DNA of 64,000 nucleotides from Massalongia carnosa. Taxonomy: Eukaryota. A program made the translations under genes and the position numbers. Numbering within the stretch: the first letter of the stretch is position 1; each line of letters opens with the position of its first letter. Under the pieces are notes generated by a model. That model had not been told where the DNA came from, ran no database searches, and saw only the letters and a program-made list of their open reading frames with translations. The stretch is taken from positions 1,116,001 to 1,180,000 of the forward strand of contig OZ287078.1 in NCBI GenBank assembly GCA_965645245.1, in the 5' to 3' direction. Below are positions 26,098 to 38,460 of this stretch, piece after piece.

Positions 26098-26800
26098 TTA
26101 GGCTTCTAGCTCGTCGGCGGAACCGTCGCGCCTATACTTGGAATTAGGATGCTGATATATTGTTTTTTGTTTGATGGGGGGTGGAAGAGAGTGAAGGATG
26201 GATGGGGCCGGACGCACGGGATGTATCTTCCGCCGGCGTCTTCGATGTTTTGGCGCGCTTCGTCGGGGAGCTAGATTTTTTTGGTAAGGTGTAAGTTAGC
26301 TAATTTTTATTGTTTCTCTTCTGTTTTTCTGCCAAGCTCTTTGAGACTATAGAATGCTCCCCTTCTTAAATCCGTCCGGCCCTCTCCCTCTCCCAATGAT
26401 CCATCGCCTACAGCAACGACCCGAAAGAATGAAACCACTCACCAAGCCCACAACCTTAACCGCGTACACACCGGGCACGTACCCGTCCAGCCTCTGCCAC
26501 TTCGCCACCCAGCTCTTCGCCGGGTCCAACATCGTGATCAAGCCCTCGAAGACTTGCGATGTGCATTCCAAAACCGTGTCCGGATGATTGGCCAGGTCGA
26601 TGATGCTTTCGCAGTTGGGGCAACCGTCACGGATGAAACGCTGGTTTTGAGGAAGAGAACATGAGGTTAGAACTGCGGGCAAACACGGAGGGGTAGGTTT
26701 GAAAGGGGGGGAAGCGCACAGATTGGGTTTGGACGATGGAGCAGATCATGCAGGCGCGCAGGTGGCGCATTTGGTTTCCGGGAACGAAGTTGGAAGACAT
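26098..26800 (-). CDS. SPT4: Transcription elongation factor Spt4
   Basis: [11 protein letters not shown]...GCPNC zinc ribbon, [18 protein letters not shown] and YAVKVVG. Exons at ~26800-26720, 26640-26443, 26270-26218 and 26131-26098. Confidence 0.95.
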
Positions 26801-27152
26801 GATGATGATGATGGAATGGTTGATGAGCGACGTTTGGAGAGAAGTCGGAGTTGAAGAGAAATCGGGTTTGAAGAACAATTGGTTGGTGGAGGGAGGGTCT
26901 TCAAAGAAGTGTTGATTGTCAGATGCTTAGATGCTGAAATAGGACTAGTTTAGGTAGGTTAGCTAACTAGTTAGACAGATCCGCGGTCTTGCAGAATCTA
27001 CCTTAGGGCCATTAAAAGGTTTCTCATATGTAACTTATCTGAAATAGTTCCATGAATCATCAAGTTATCTTCTCCTATGAAAAGCACAAGTAAGAATTGG
27101 AACCGTAAGATTCTTCTACGTATAGAAATATTCTAAGACCGACGATTGGATT

Positions 27153-28801
27153 ATGCCTTCTAAACAAGAAGAAGCTATAGCGTTGAAACAGAAAGGCAAC
27201 GCCGCGTTCGCAAGTCATGATTGGTTAAAAGCTATTGATTTCTATACGCAAGCCATAGAAAAGAATGACCAGGATCCTTCATTCTACTGCAATCGAGCCC
27301 AGGTAGGTTTAGATGCCATGTGCGATTTTTTCTTGAAACTCGGGCTGACTATGACTCCCGCAGGCCAATATAAAACTAGAATCTTATGGGTATGCCGTCG
27401 CCGATGCGACCAAAGCGATTGAACTAGATGAATCATATGTCAAAGTAGATGCCGTCCCGAGTACAGTTGCATGATTGTATTTGACAGCAGAAAATAGGCA
27501 TATTATCGACGAGCGGTTGCCAACACCGCCATTCTTAACTCCCGGGAAGCGTTGAAAGACTTCAAGACTGTGGTGAAAAAGGAGCCGAGCAACAAAGATG
27601 CGAAGCTTAAACTCGCCGAATGCGAGAAGATTGTTCGGCGGGTGGAGTTTCTAAGAGCGATCGAGGTTGGCGATCCACCGTCTGCGTTCGAAGGCCTTGA
27701 TATAGACTCAATCACAGTGGATGCGACGTATGATGGCGTGAAGCTTGAGAACAGCATGACGCAAGAATTTATAGACGATATGATCACGCGATTTAAGAAT
27801 GGGAAGCAACTCCATCGGAAATATGTTTATCAGATCATTTCCGCCGTGCGAAATATTGTCTACGATGAACCAACTATGGTGGAAATGGAGGTTGCGAAAG
27901 GACATGAATTGACAGTGTGTGGCGATACGCATGGACAATTTTACGATTTGCTGGAGATTTTCAGACTCAATGGATTTCCCACCGCATCGCACTACTATCT
28001 CTTTAACGGCGATTTCGTAGACCGAGGCTCTTGGTCAACGGAGATTGCGTTACTTCTCTACGCGTACAAATGGCTATTTCCCAACGCATTTTTCCTGAAT
28101 CGTGGCAATCATGAGACGGACGACATGAACCGAGTCTATGGATTTGAAGGCGAATGCAAGGCCAAGTACACCGAGCGTGTGTTCAAGCTCTTCTCCGAGT
28201 CATTTTCTGCATTACCCCTGGCAACTTTGATTGGCAAGAAATATTTCGTCCTCCATGGGGGCCTATTCTCCGACGACAAGGTTTCGCTAGACGATATCCG
28301 GAAGTTGAACAGACATCAACAGAGACAGCCAGGCCAGCAAGGATTGATGATGGAGATGCTCTGGACTGATCCGCAGACCATGCCCGGCCGAGGACCCAGC
28401 AAACGAGGTGTCGGTCTACAGTTTGGCCCCGATGTCACTAAACGATTCTGCGAGTCCAATGGGTTGGAAGCGATCATTCGAAGCCACGAGGTACGAATGG
28501 AAGGTTATGAGGTTGAGCATGACGGAAAATGCATCACCGGCAAGTATTGCAATTCTCCCAAGCTCTGCACTTCTAACATTCTTTAGTCTTTTCCGCGCCT
28601 AAGTATTGCGATGCTACCGAGAATAAAGGCGCATACATCAACATCGGCTCTGAGCTTAAGCTTAGCTTCCATAAATTCGATGCGGTTCCTCACCCTGATA
28701 TCAAGCCAATGGTAACGGTCCTAGATCTTCCATTAGCCATCCCACACTAACCATATATCCTCTAGGCCTATGCGCAGAACTCCCTCACGTCCATGATGTA
28801 A
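27153..28801 (+). CDS. PPT1: TPR-containing Ser/Thr protein phosphatase 5
   Basis: N-terminal TPRs and PPP motifs GDTHG, GDFVDRG and [15 protein letters not shown] spans a GC-AG intron at 28540-28586. C-terminus [19 protein letters not shown]. Confidence 0.96.
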
Positions 28802-29089
28802 ATCTTCGTCCGCTTTGAACTTTGGCCGCCGGGCCATTTGAAAATCTTTGCCACTTAGCGATATCTTTGGAATCGAGAGGGCGTTTTGTCGGGCATATCC
28901 AGGAGTTTGGCACATGTGCCCTTGTTGGAGGGAACTCCGATCGCGCCTGCAAAGATCTTGTATCAAATAAGCCTTGTCGCAACATAATACAGAAGATCCT
29001 TTTCGCTTCAAATATTCCTTTCTGTAGTCACTCACGGCTTCCCCGCCATTCGGCTTCTACCACCGAAACCGCCGACCTAACCAACTCCT

Positions 29090-29464
29090 CTAATCCTCAA
29101 AAACCTCCCTCCCCCCTCCCGCAACTACACTCCCCAACCAATCGCCCCTCCCCACCACCCTCCATCCTACAGCCCCGCCCGTACCACCGCCCACCCACCC
29201 CGTCACCGCGCTCACCACCGCCCCGCCATCCTCCCTCGGCACCCTCACCCACGCGTCCGGCCCCTCCACTTTCAAAAAGTCGATCGGGATCGCGGTGCCC
29301 GTCACACCGAGGAATTGCTGCAGCGCCGAGGTGAGGTAAGTGCGCGCGGTCAGGATATCGAGAGCGAGCACGCTGGATGAGAGGAGGTTCAGATGGAGGT
29401 ATGTGAAGGGGGGGTTGCGGATTGTGAGGGTTTGGTGGGGAGTTGGAGGGTTGGTGGTGGGCAT
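29090..29464 (-). CDS. POP8: RNase P/MRP subunit Pop8-like protein
   Basis: YLHL...LDILTARTYLTSALQQFLGVTGTAIPIDFLK...WVRVPRED matches the filamentous-fungal Pop8 pattern. Confidence 0.75.
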   Translation of the reverse strand: MPTTNPPTPHQTLTIRNPPFTYLHLNLLSSSVLALDILTARTYLTSALQQFLGVTGTAIPIDFLKVEGPDAWVRVPREDGGAVVSAVTGWVGGGTGGAVGWRVVGRGDWLGSVVAGGGREVFED

Positions 29465-29644
29465 TTTTCATTTATTTCAGTTGGCATAGGTGAAGGGTGC
29501 GGAAATTGATTAGATAAGATGTTTTAACTCAGTTAGGCTGCCTATAGAAGTCGCTTTCTTTCATTAACACCACTTTCCTTAAAGACTCCAACTCCAGATA
29601 TTTCTCAATCCTGAGGCCTATATCAAATTTTTTTTTTTAAAAAC

Positions 29645-31093
29645 ATGGCTTCAATGTCGACCTCGCAGGTGCTTACCAAACGGTCTCTAGACTCGTCTCT
29701 TATGCCCCCGCCACCAGCCCCCAAACGGATAAAGCGCCCCGCAAAAGTCATAGATGAGGATAGCTACACTGACGTCCTCTCGCATATTATCGCCCGAGAC
29801 TTTTTCCCTGGCCTTGTCGAAACAGAATCAAAACAAGACTACCTTGATGCGCTAGACTCGCAGGATCACGAATGGATCGCCGCGGCTGGGAGAAAACTTA
29901 CTGAAGTCATGACACCAGGCCCGGACGGGAGAAGACATCGTGGCAGACGAGGAACAAGCATGACGCCCATGTCGAGTCTCTATGGCAGGGCTGGAGGAGC
30001 AACGCCCATAGCGTGGCAAGGCGACACCCCAATGTCTGTTACGTCCACCACCTCTATCGAGACCGCGACTACGTTCGCCAAACCGGAGGTAGATACCAAC
30101 ATGAGCCTCAGCGCCTTCCAAGCAAAGTATACAAGTGAAGACAACGAGAGCTTCTACAAGCTTCTCGACAAGCAAAATCTTAAGAAAGCCGAGAAATATG
30201 CCTGGATGCGCGCCGGAAACAACAAAATTCTCGCCCCACGGCAAGTCGCCCACCGGAAGCGCCTGCTCGCCGCTCGGCAAGCTTCCAACGACAACCTTGA
30301 CAACGAAGATAAAGAGCTTCTATGTATCGAACCCCCAGACAACCGGCCCGCAATGCCCGATGCTTGGCCCTCCCGCCCTGAAAACCCTCTCATGTTCGAC
30401 CCCTCCAGTTCTATCGAAGAAACCTCCACCCCATCTGTCCACCAACACGCAGAAAACACTTCTCGCGCCCCACCGAAAGCCGTCGTCTATGACAACACCC
30501 GCCTCTATCCCCCTCCCACATCCACCGCCTCCATTTCATACACTTCCACATCTCCGCCTCCATCCCCCTCACTCTCTGCCGTTCAGGCCGCCCTCTCTCG
30601 CCGCGCCCCTCCCTCCTCAATGAACGGCCCCTCCACCCCCCGTGTAGCAGGCTACTCCTTCGTCGATCCTTCTCCGCCTCCCACCCCTATCAACCCTGGC
30701 CTGGACCCTCTCCCCTGGCCCTCCTCGGCCTCCCTCCTCGGCAGCGGCGACGCGACTCCCAACCCTTTCAATATACGCGAGGCGGGACGCAGAGAAGCGC
30801 TGCATCTCCGTATGGTGGATAAACTGGCGCGGGGAAAGCGCGCTGGTGGGAGAAAGGATGCGTTGCTGGGAGGCGGATGTGAGAATAACAGCGGCAATAG
30901 CACCGGCGTTCCCAAGTTCGCGAGCAGTCCGCGCATCGTTCATAGCGGTGGTTTAACGCCCGCGGGACGGAAGCTGGCGGGGAGGGTTGGCGTGTTGACG
31001 CCTGCGGGGGGGAGGCTAGGCATGGGCATGGGAACGGGGACGGAAAAGGCCACTTCCGGGTTGAGGGAAGGTTGGACGGTGAAGGGAAGCTAG
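29645..31093 (+). CDS. ESS2: Splicing factor ESS-2/DGCR14 (Es2/Bis1 family)
   Basis: VIDEDSY...HIIARDFFPGL, MSLSAFQAKYTSEDNESF and TPRVAGYSFV. Intronless, 482 aa. Confidence 0.9.
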   Translation: MASMSTSQVLTKRSLDSSLMPPPPAPKRIKRPAKVIDEDSYTDVLSHIIARDFFPGLVETESKQDYLDALDSQDHEWIAAAGRKLTEVMTPGPDGRRHRGRRGTSMTPMSSLYGRAGGATPIAWQGDTPMSVTSTTSIETATTFAKPEVDTNMSLSAFQAKYTSEDNESFYKLLDKQNLKKAEKYAWMRAGNNKILAPRQVAHRKRLLAARQASNDNLDNEDKELLCIEPPDNRPAMPDAWPSRPENPLMFDPSSSIEETSTPSVHQHAENTSRAPPKAVVYDNTRLYPPPTSTASISYTSTSPPPSPSLSAVQAALSRRAPPSSMNGPSTPRVAGYSFVDPSPPPTPINPGLDPLPWPSSASLLGSGDATPNPFNIREAGRREALHLRMVDKLARGKRAGGRKDALLGGGCENNSGNSTGVPKFASSPRIVHSGGLTPAGRKLAGRVGVLTPAGGRLGMGMGTGTEKATSGLREGWTVKGS

Positions 31094-31675
31094 CTCAACG
31101 GGGAGGGTTTTATCGATCGTTTGTGTGGCATTTGAAAAGAAAAGACTAAGGGAAAATGACGGAGTGTATGCATCCTTGTTAATACCTATACAAAACAAGC
31201 ACGAGACATTTCGTCATGATAACATCTTCCAACTGACTGACCATCTAATCGATCGAAACCTGGACTCGGCGATATTCTCCCTTTCTTCCCCTGTACCCCC
31301 CCGATACACTTCAGTGTCTTGTAATCTTCCCATGTGCATACGAGCGTGTATGACAGACCGAACGAACGAACGTCGATTCAGCATAAGATAAATTAAAAAA
31401 CTCTACAGCTCAAGTAAGCAAGCCAAACTAACGTTAAAAATAGACAGAAAACGCTATAAGTTCATTCCTTCGTTCGGTTCTCTCTTTCTCCGCTCCTCCT
31501 CCGCTCCTCCCGATTGCGTATTAGATAGAGAGAGAAACCATCCCCACCCTGTTTCCTTAACTCACAGTTTTCACCTTTGAAAACGCCACGCCCAACCCAC
31601 CAGCACGCCCGCCTGCCCAAAAAAGTACCGGATGGGTTGCTAAGAATACCTACTCGTGATGATGATGACGGATGT

Positions 31676-33701
31676 CTAGACCCAGAGTATCCAGCATAAC
31701 GCCCAAACCCCACTGATAATCATTGCGTTTAAGGCGTTGCTAGTAACCCAAATCCTTCCAGCAGCGCTCTTTTTCCACAAAACCGTCGGATCGTTGCACG
31801 TTATATCTAAAGGCCCCTCACCCCCAGCCCTCGTCCCATAGCTCCATTTCAGCCGGTAATCCGCCGGGCATGCAAATCCAAGGGCGGCGGGACAGCTCTG
31901 CACAAGTCGATAGCACACGTCAGTGCAGGGCAAGACTTCCTTCCAGGGGCCCGGCACAATGGTCGATTCAATCAGAGGCGTGCGCGAGGAGAGGTTGGCA
32001 TTTATGAAAAGCTGTTCATTATTAGCGTTTCCCATAACGGACATAGTGCCATTTGTAAAGCTTTGATTCAGGCTACGCGGCTGCAACCAGTGCAAGGTGC
32101 TTGATACGTCGTGACAGCGGGGAATTGTAACGGCGCAGAGCCAGGCCCTGTAATCCCGGGCGCAGTCGCTGCAGTTGCGGGCCAAGGAGTATTGTGCTGA
32201 AGGAGTGGTCTCGCACGGGATTTGTTGGAGGGAAAAGTTGAAAGGTTGGTAGAGGGCGCGGGCAGACGTGTCATAGAGGGTGGCAAGAGCGGCGCGGTCG
32301 GGAAAGGTGTTAGGGTTGGACGGGACGGCATAGGCGGTGTCCGTACAAAACGAAAGGTTATAGATTATTGCACAATTATTTTCTGCCAAAAGTAGGGAGT
32401 TAGGGGAACGGTCGATCGTTTAGGGGTTGGACAAAGGGGGTGAAGGGCATACCGGATTTGGTTGTGAAACTTATAGCTTTAAATACCGTACCACCGCCTT
32501 TCACAACGCCACCAGCCACTCCAGTGGAGTTTCCGTCAATTGCCATCAATGCATTGTAGGTGGTGTTAGCTTTTAGCCCTTTCACGTAAAAGTACTGCTT
32601 TGGTGTGCCTCCACTTGAGCTTGTCATGCTGGTTTCGACATTGGCTGTGTTCTCGTTCAGGAAATTCCCAAGGATCTCAGCGTGCTGCCTAAGAGCACAG
32701 GTTGAGTTTTCTATCCCCCGAACTGTAGGATTGTCCTGGTTAAACACAAAAATACTATAAGGAGGTCGCGCGTTCATTAAATGCTTCCATTCATCAGTAG
32801 ACGAGTCCGTCAATGCTGAAAAGTTATGAGATGCAAGCAAGGTTGAATTACTGTCACTATCGAGGAAAGTTAGGCTAACGTTGCCACCATATGAAGTATA
32901 CGGTGCATCAATTGAGACTGTGAGCTGATAGTTGTAGACACCGGTAAAGTCTGGACTCTCGTCCGCGAGTACTGTGAAGAAAACATCTCCGCTCGCCTCA
33001 AAGCTTGTATTGCCAAACCCTCCATTCATTGTGAAAAGGATTTCGGTTGTTGTCCTGTTAGGATGTGGATTGTTTGATGACTTGGAAATATAGAGTTGTA
33101 AAGGGGGTGGTGCGCCTCCACTATTGTTTGATTTATTCGGAGAGGGCTGTTGGCAGATGCTCAGAGTGATATACAAAGTTCGATTGTTCTTTCCATCAAC
33201 CTGCCTCTTGGAGTAGTCACGCGACTCATCGGCCTTGGCTTCGCCATTCCTTATTGGTTTTTCACCTAGACCCCGGGTGGTCAGACTAAGTGGTAGCACT
33301 GAAGGGATGGGGGATTGAGGGCCCCAAAGTGTATCGTTTCGGAGTTTCCAATACTGTGGATCCCCCCCGGAAATATTTGAGATTTTTGGAACATTGTTTA
33401 CCAAGAGGTTTGGTTCGGGCGGCACCCTGCCTATGATGCTTCGTAGCAGCCCAGCAAATGTCGGCTCGTACGACTGTTGTTCCTCTTCCGGCATCAACTC
33501 CAGCATCCGGAAATGATCTTGCTGCTGACCCAAGGCCAGCGGCCGCGGATGGTTATGATCCTCATAAGCTATCGAGTCTGCATCAAGGGCATAGATGAGA
33601 TATTTGTTTGAAGATATTAAAAAGAAAAGCGTAAGAATAAGCGTTAAAGATGTTTTTCTTGCGAATCGGAACGGAAGACGTGAGACGAAAGATAGTTGCA
33701 T
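31676..33701 (-). CDS. MID1: Stretch-activated Ca2+ channel component Mid1
   Basis: N-terminal hydrophobic segment and many N-glycosylation sequons. The Cys-rich C-terminus reads NCAIIYNLSFC..AYAVP, QQIPC...YSLARNCSDC..YRAWLCAVTIPRC, EVLPC..VCYRLVQSCPAALGFACP. One intron at ~32383-32452. Confidence 0.93.
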
Positions 33702-34150
33702 CGAAGACTAACGGAGAGCAAGCCAGCTTGCCCCTGATATTGGCCAGCTATACGATGAAGAATAGTAGAATCAAGCCTTGAAACAAGAGGAGATGTCTTT
33801 GGGGCCGTGGAGCGCTCTCTTTAAGCTAGAGATGACAAGACTGTTGTAAAGAGACCACTCCTGGATATAATGACAGAGCAGGTCAATAAGTACATAAAAC
33901 GGCTGATTAAAATTTCAGCCCTAGAGGAAAACAGGATGATCATGGAGCATAAATATCAATCATGCCGCTCAGAGTGAAGATGAAGAGGCTATTTTGCCCG
34001 CTGCGGCGGACGGTGCGGCACTTCCCGACCGCATTACAGAATTGATGCAAGTCATCGTCGTCATCGTCGTGCCATTGGAAAAGGCTGACATATTTTCATA
34101 ATATAGGTTTGTTACAGAACCTTTGATTAGCTCCGACCGAATGCCTCCAA

Positions 34151-36909
34151 ATGGCGGGGAAACGCCTTCTCGATGCTGCCGTCGTTCTCAAGGCTTCTCG
34201 TGCAATTGTGTCAAAACACATTGCGCTCCGACAACAGCAACTAGACACCTATACTAAGACCTCATCTCTAATAAACAATATAAAAAGCCGTACAGATCGA
34301 GTTACGATCACAGTACGAACCGCCGAGGGGATTGCAGAACAATTAGGTCAGAGCTCGGGAAACAGTGCACCAGGACAAAGCACTCGTGTGCCAACCCAAG
34401 ATAGTGTCGGTGGAGGAAAAAAGCAGAGAAACGATGAACTGGACGTTGAGCAGGATCATTTTTACGAAAATTCAAGGGTGAATACAACCGCACAACCACC
34501 TCCTAAAAAGGAGCTATATGTACAACAAGAAAAAGCTAAGAGATATGCCTTGCCTGATGGATCCATACCTCCAGTATATTCTCATATCGATGTATCAAAG
34601 CGGGATCTAGATAATTTCTTCGAAAGAAGAACCAAACCCAGTCAAGGTCAGATAGGAGAGAGAAAAGAGGGTGAGCCCGGTGATTTGGAGCCTACTTCAT
34701 CTACTAGGACCAGTATTCCAAACCCCATAGAAAGAAACAAACCCCCACCTGCTGACCATGCACGTCAATTGCAGCGTAATGCAGAAAGAGAGATTCCTTC
34801 CCTTTCTGAGGAGCCTCCAAATGAGACGGTATCAACACTTGTGGACTGTTCTTCTAATGATCAAGTAATGAACCTTTCCGCTGACCTAAATCACGACGTT
34901 CTTTACGCCCCTCCTTTGAAAGCGACTCGGGTCTTCTCATCGCTCTCAAGGGTTAAACTCCCTAATGCGACAAAAGATGAGCAGAAAGAGAATTTAGAAG
35001 ACCCTGACAAACGACTCAATCAGGATGTATACTACTCTGCCGCACCGACGGACACAGTTTCACTAGTTCCAGAAATACAGGTTATGCCAGAAGAGGAAGA
35101 GCCTCCTGGTGATACGTTCAGCGAGTTGTTCCATAGTCCCCGAGTGTCTAAGTTGCTTCAAGCCAAACAGAAGCAAAAGAAGCCTGCAAAAAATCTAGAA
35201 CCTCATATAGTGCAGGATATGTCAGCAAAGCAGAGCAAACTGCCACAAGAAAAAGACCAAGAATCGCTCAAAATCCGGCCAATTGGGCAAAACACCCCAA
35301 AACTTTCGGAATCTTCAAAACCGGGTGGACAGTCAGGTGTATCCAAGAAGGTTGAAACTGAAGACGTTAAGAGGCTTGCAGAAGACATGATGCAAAATTC
35401 TGCAAACGGGTCCTCTATAGAGCCTAGGGTACGCGCTGTGGCCATTCACTCTATGGAATATTAACTGATAAACTAACAGTGATCCCGTAGATTTCTGTAA
35501 ATCTTAGATCAAGCCCTCCAAAAGCTCCTTATGAAATGCATGAATCTCGGGTACCGTCGTCACGATTTGGTAGACTCTGGCAATACGGAGGTTTGGCTAC
35601 ATCCATGGCCTTTGGTGCCGTTGGTGAGAGCTTTCGTCGTGCTACTGGGGGTAGTGCTACTGTTAGTGGATCTTTGATGCTCAGTGCAGGCAACATGGAA
35701 AGACTGGTTACCAAACTCTCCAAGATGAGAGGTGCAGCTCTCAAGCTGGGCCAAATGATGAGTTTTCAAGGTTTGCCTTTTTCTGACCCACTGTTCTTGC
35801 TTGACTAACCCCCTTTAGACTCAAAAATGCTTCCTGCACCGATTCATGATGTCCTCCAGCGCGTCCAAGACAGTGCTGACTATATGCCCGCATCACAACG
35901 TAACACGGTCCTTGCAAACAACCTTGGTTCAGATTGGCGAGCCCTTTTTTCAAGCTTTGATGAGAAGCCCATTGCAGCTGCCTCAATCGGCCAGGTCCAT
36001 GGTGCTGTACTCAAGTCTACTGGTAAGAGAGTGGCAATCAAAGTGCAATATCCAGGTGTGGCAGATTCCATCGACTCCGATCTAAGCAATCTTGCCATTC
36101 TCCTTACAGCTTCGCGGCTTTTGCCCAAAGGGTTATACCTTGATAAAACCATTGCCAATGCACGCAAAGAGCTTGCATGGGAATGCGATTACGTCAGAGA
36201 GGCAGAAAGTGGCAAACGGTTCCAGCGTCTTCTCCACGACGAAGGTGACACATTCGTTGTCCCTTCAATCATGGATGAGGCCTCTGGCCCCCAAGTTCTG
36301 ACCATGGAAATGATGGAAGGCATTGGTGTTACTAAAACCCAGGGCTTCACTCAGGACCAGAAGGATTGGATTGGTAGCCAAATCCTCCGGCTATGCCTAC
36401 GGGAAATCATTGAGTTTAAATTCATGCAGACGGACCCTAACTGGACAAATTTCCTTTTCAACGCCACCACGAAGAAGCTCGAACTTCTTGACTTTGGCGC
36501 CTCCCGCGAGTTCCCGGATAAGTTCATTCAACCCTACATCCAGATCCTCCTCGGCGCGTCCCGCAACGATCGGAACGCCTGCCGCGATCTTTCCATCCAG
36601 CTGGGCTACCTCACCGGCCACGAATCCCAGGCGATGCTGAACGCACACATCGAGTCTATCCTCACGCTCGCAGAGCCCTTTGGGGATGGTTCCCCCGAGG
36701 TATACGATTTTCGAGATCAGACTATCACAGATAGGATCAGGGGGCTTATTCCGCTCATGGTGAGAGAGAGGTTGGCGCCACCGCCGGAGGAGACATACAG
36801 TATGCATCGAAAGCTGAGTGGGGCTTTCTTGCTGTGTGCGAAACTAGGGAGTAGGGTAAGGTGTAGAGAGATGTTTGCCAAAGCTATGCAGACTACTGGA
36901 TTGGCTTGA
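34151..36909 (+). CDS. COQ8: Atypical kinase Coq8/Abc1 (ubiquinone biosynthesis)
   Basis: SRVPSSRFGRL, the KxGQ motif RGAALKLGQ, AAASIGQVH, VAIKVQYPGV, MQTDPNWTNF and LDFGA. Long low-complexity first exon, two introns. Confidence 0.95.
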
Positions 36910-37060
36910 TAGGTGTATAATGTAAACTTTTGGCATCATGTTACACTCCTATCGAAATAGAACTAGCAACATAACATGAATGTCGCTTCATAACCTCCCG
37001 AAGGATGCGTCATCCCCCATTCCATTTCCTTCCCCCAAGCCAATCCCTGCAATCCTTAGG

Positions 37061-38218
37061 CTACGAGTTAAAAATCCTAGAGTAAAGCACCTCGTGCCTA
37101 CCCACCCAAAGATCCATGGCTGGAACCCCCTGCCCGGCCTCCTCCACCCCCTTTCCCAAACCTCCCCCCTCCTCTGTCTCTCCTTTGTCTTCATCTTCAT
37201 CATCCTCTTCTTCCCCTTCCCCCTCCACCTTCCCCAACCCCGCCACCACCCTCCCAATCTCCCCCCCCAACCACTCCCCCCCCAACCACGCCTGCGCCTG
37301 ATACCCGCCCCACCGGCCCGCCCGCACCCCCGCGCTAAGCACCGCCTTAGCGTGATTGAGCAGGAACACATACGCCGCCTCGCGCGCGCCGAGGCCCAGA
37401 CAGCGCGTCAGCGCCCCCCACAGCGGCGGGAAGTGCCCGTTGGCTGATCCCAGCGAGGCGAAGTGGACTTCTTCTTCTACTTCTTCTTCGTCTTTTCGTC
37501 GTCGTCCTGCTTCTCCGATTTCGGGGGATGGAAAGAACGATGAAGGGGAGGACAGAGAGCGCAGCGCCCGCGAGAATTCTTCTAGTGCGAGGGAGGCCTC
37601 TTTGTCCCTTCGCCCTCCTCCTCGTCCTGTTTCCCCCCCATCCCCAGCACGACCTCCTGTAGACCCCCCTCTAAACGCCCTCTCCCACAGCGTGAGCAGC
37701 GCCCGGCCCTGCGCCACAGAAGCCCGTCTCGTTACGGGACAGAGCGTGCTCGCGTCCAGGGCCGCGTCAAGCTGGCGGAGGAGGCGTGGGCGGGCGTGCG
37801 CGCGTAGGAGGTAGGGCAGGGTTTGCGTAGTGAGGGCGTGGAGGGAGAGGGCGAGGAAATGGGGCGGTGGGGAGTGGGGATGGGGTGGGTGGTTTGGGAG
37901 GGCGGTTTTGGGGAGAGGGGAAGAGGGGAAGGAGGAAGGGGAGGGTTGATGGGCGAGGTAGGATTCTAGGCCGGAGGAAAATGCGAAAGAGCCGAGGGGG
38001 AGGGCGGAGTCGGAGAGGAGAAGGAGGGCGTGGGAGGGGGTGGGGATTGGGTTTGGAGGTGGATGTGGGGGTGGGGGTGGAGGTGGAGGTTGGGATACGG
38101 TTGATGGTGGTGGGGAGAGGATCGAGAGGCGGGTGCGGGCGGCGAAGAGGAGGGATTCGAGATGGACGACTTCGGTGGCGAGTGCTTCGGCGTCGGTTAT
38201 CTGGTTATTTTGGGGCAT
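37061..38218 (-). CDS. ureF: Urease accessory protein UreF
   Basis: LLLLSDSALPLGSFAFSSGLESY, RRASVAQGRALL and a terminal GRHEVLYSRIFNS. Confidence 0.93.
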   Translation of the reverse strand: MPQNNQITDAEALATEVVHLESLLFAARTRLSILSPPPSTVSQPPPPPPPPHPPPNPIPTPSHALLLLSDSALPLGSFAFSSGLESYLAHQPSPSSFPSSPLPKTALPNHPPHPHSPPPHFLALSLHALTTQTLPYLLRAHARPRLLRQLDAALDASTLCPVTRRASVAQGRALLTLWERAFRGGSTGGRAGDGGETGRGGGRRDKEASLALEEFSRALRSLSSPSSFFPSPEIGEAGRRRKDEEEVEEEVHFASLGSANGHFPPLWGALTRCLGLGAREAAYVFLLNHAKAVLSAGVRAGRWGGYQAQAWLGGEWLGGEIGRVVAGLGKVEGEGEEEDDEDEDKGETEEGGGLGKGVEEAGQGVPAMDLWVGRHEVLYSRIFNS

Positions 38219-38460
38219 TCTGTATTGGTCGGGAAGTACAATTGAAGGGGTTGTGGAATAATTGGGATTTTAGTGGTGTGGTAGCTTGGTAGAAACTGCA
38301 TTACAATCATGATATACTCTGTTTTTCTGTCCGTCTCCTAGAGATACCTAAAGTCGGCTCCTAGGATCCTCACGGCTGGATGTAGGATACCTATGTCCGG
38401 TTCTTCTAAGAGTAGTTTCCATCCCTCTCCGCTGGGCATAAAATATCGTAAATAATCCCC

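Noticed and set aside
15403..38218. UGA1 and ureF as a nitrogen-catabolism gene cluster
   Set aside because: They are 20 kb apart and separated by unrelated housekeeping genes.
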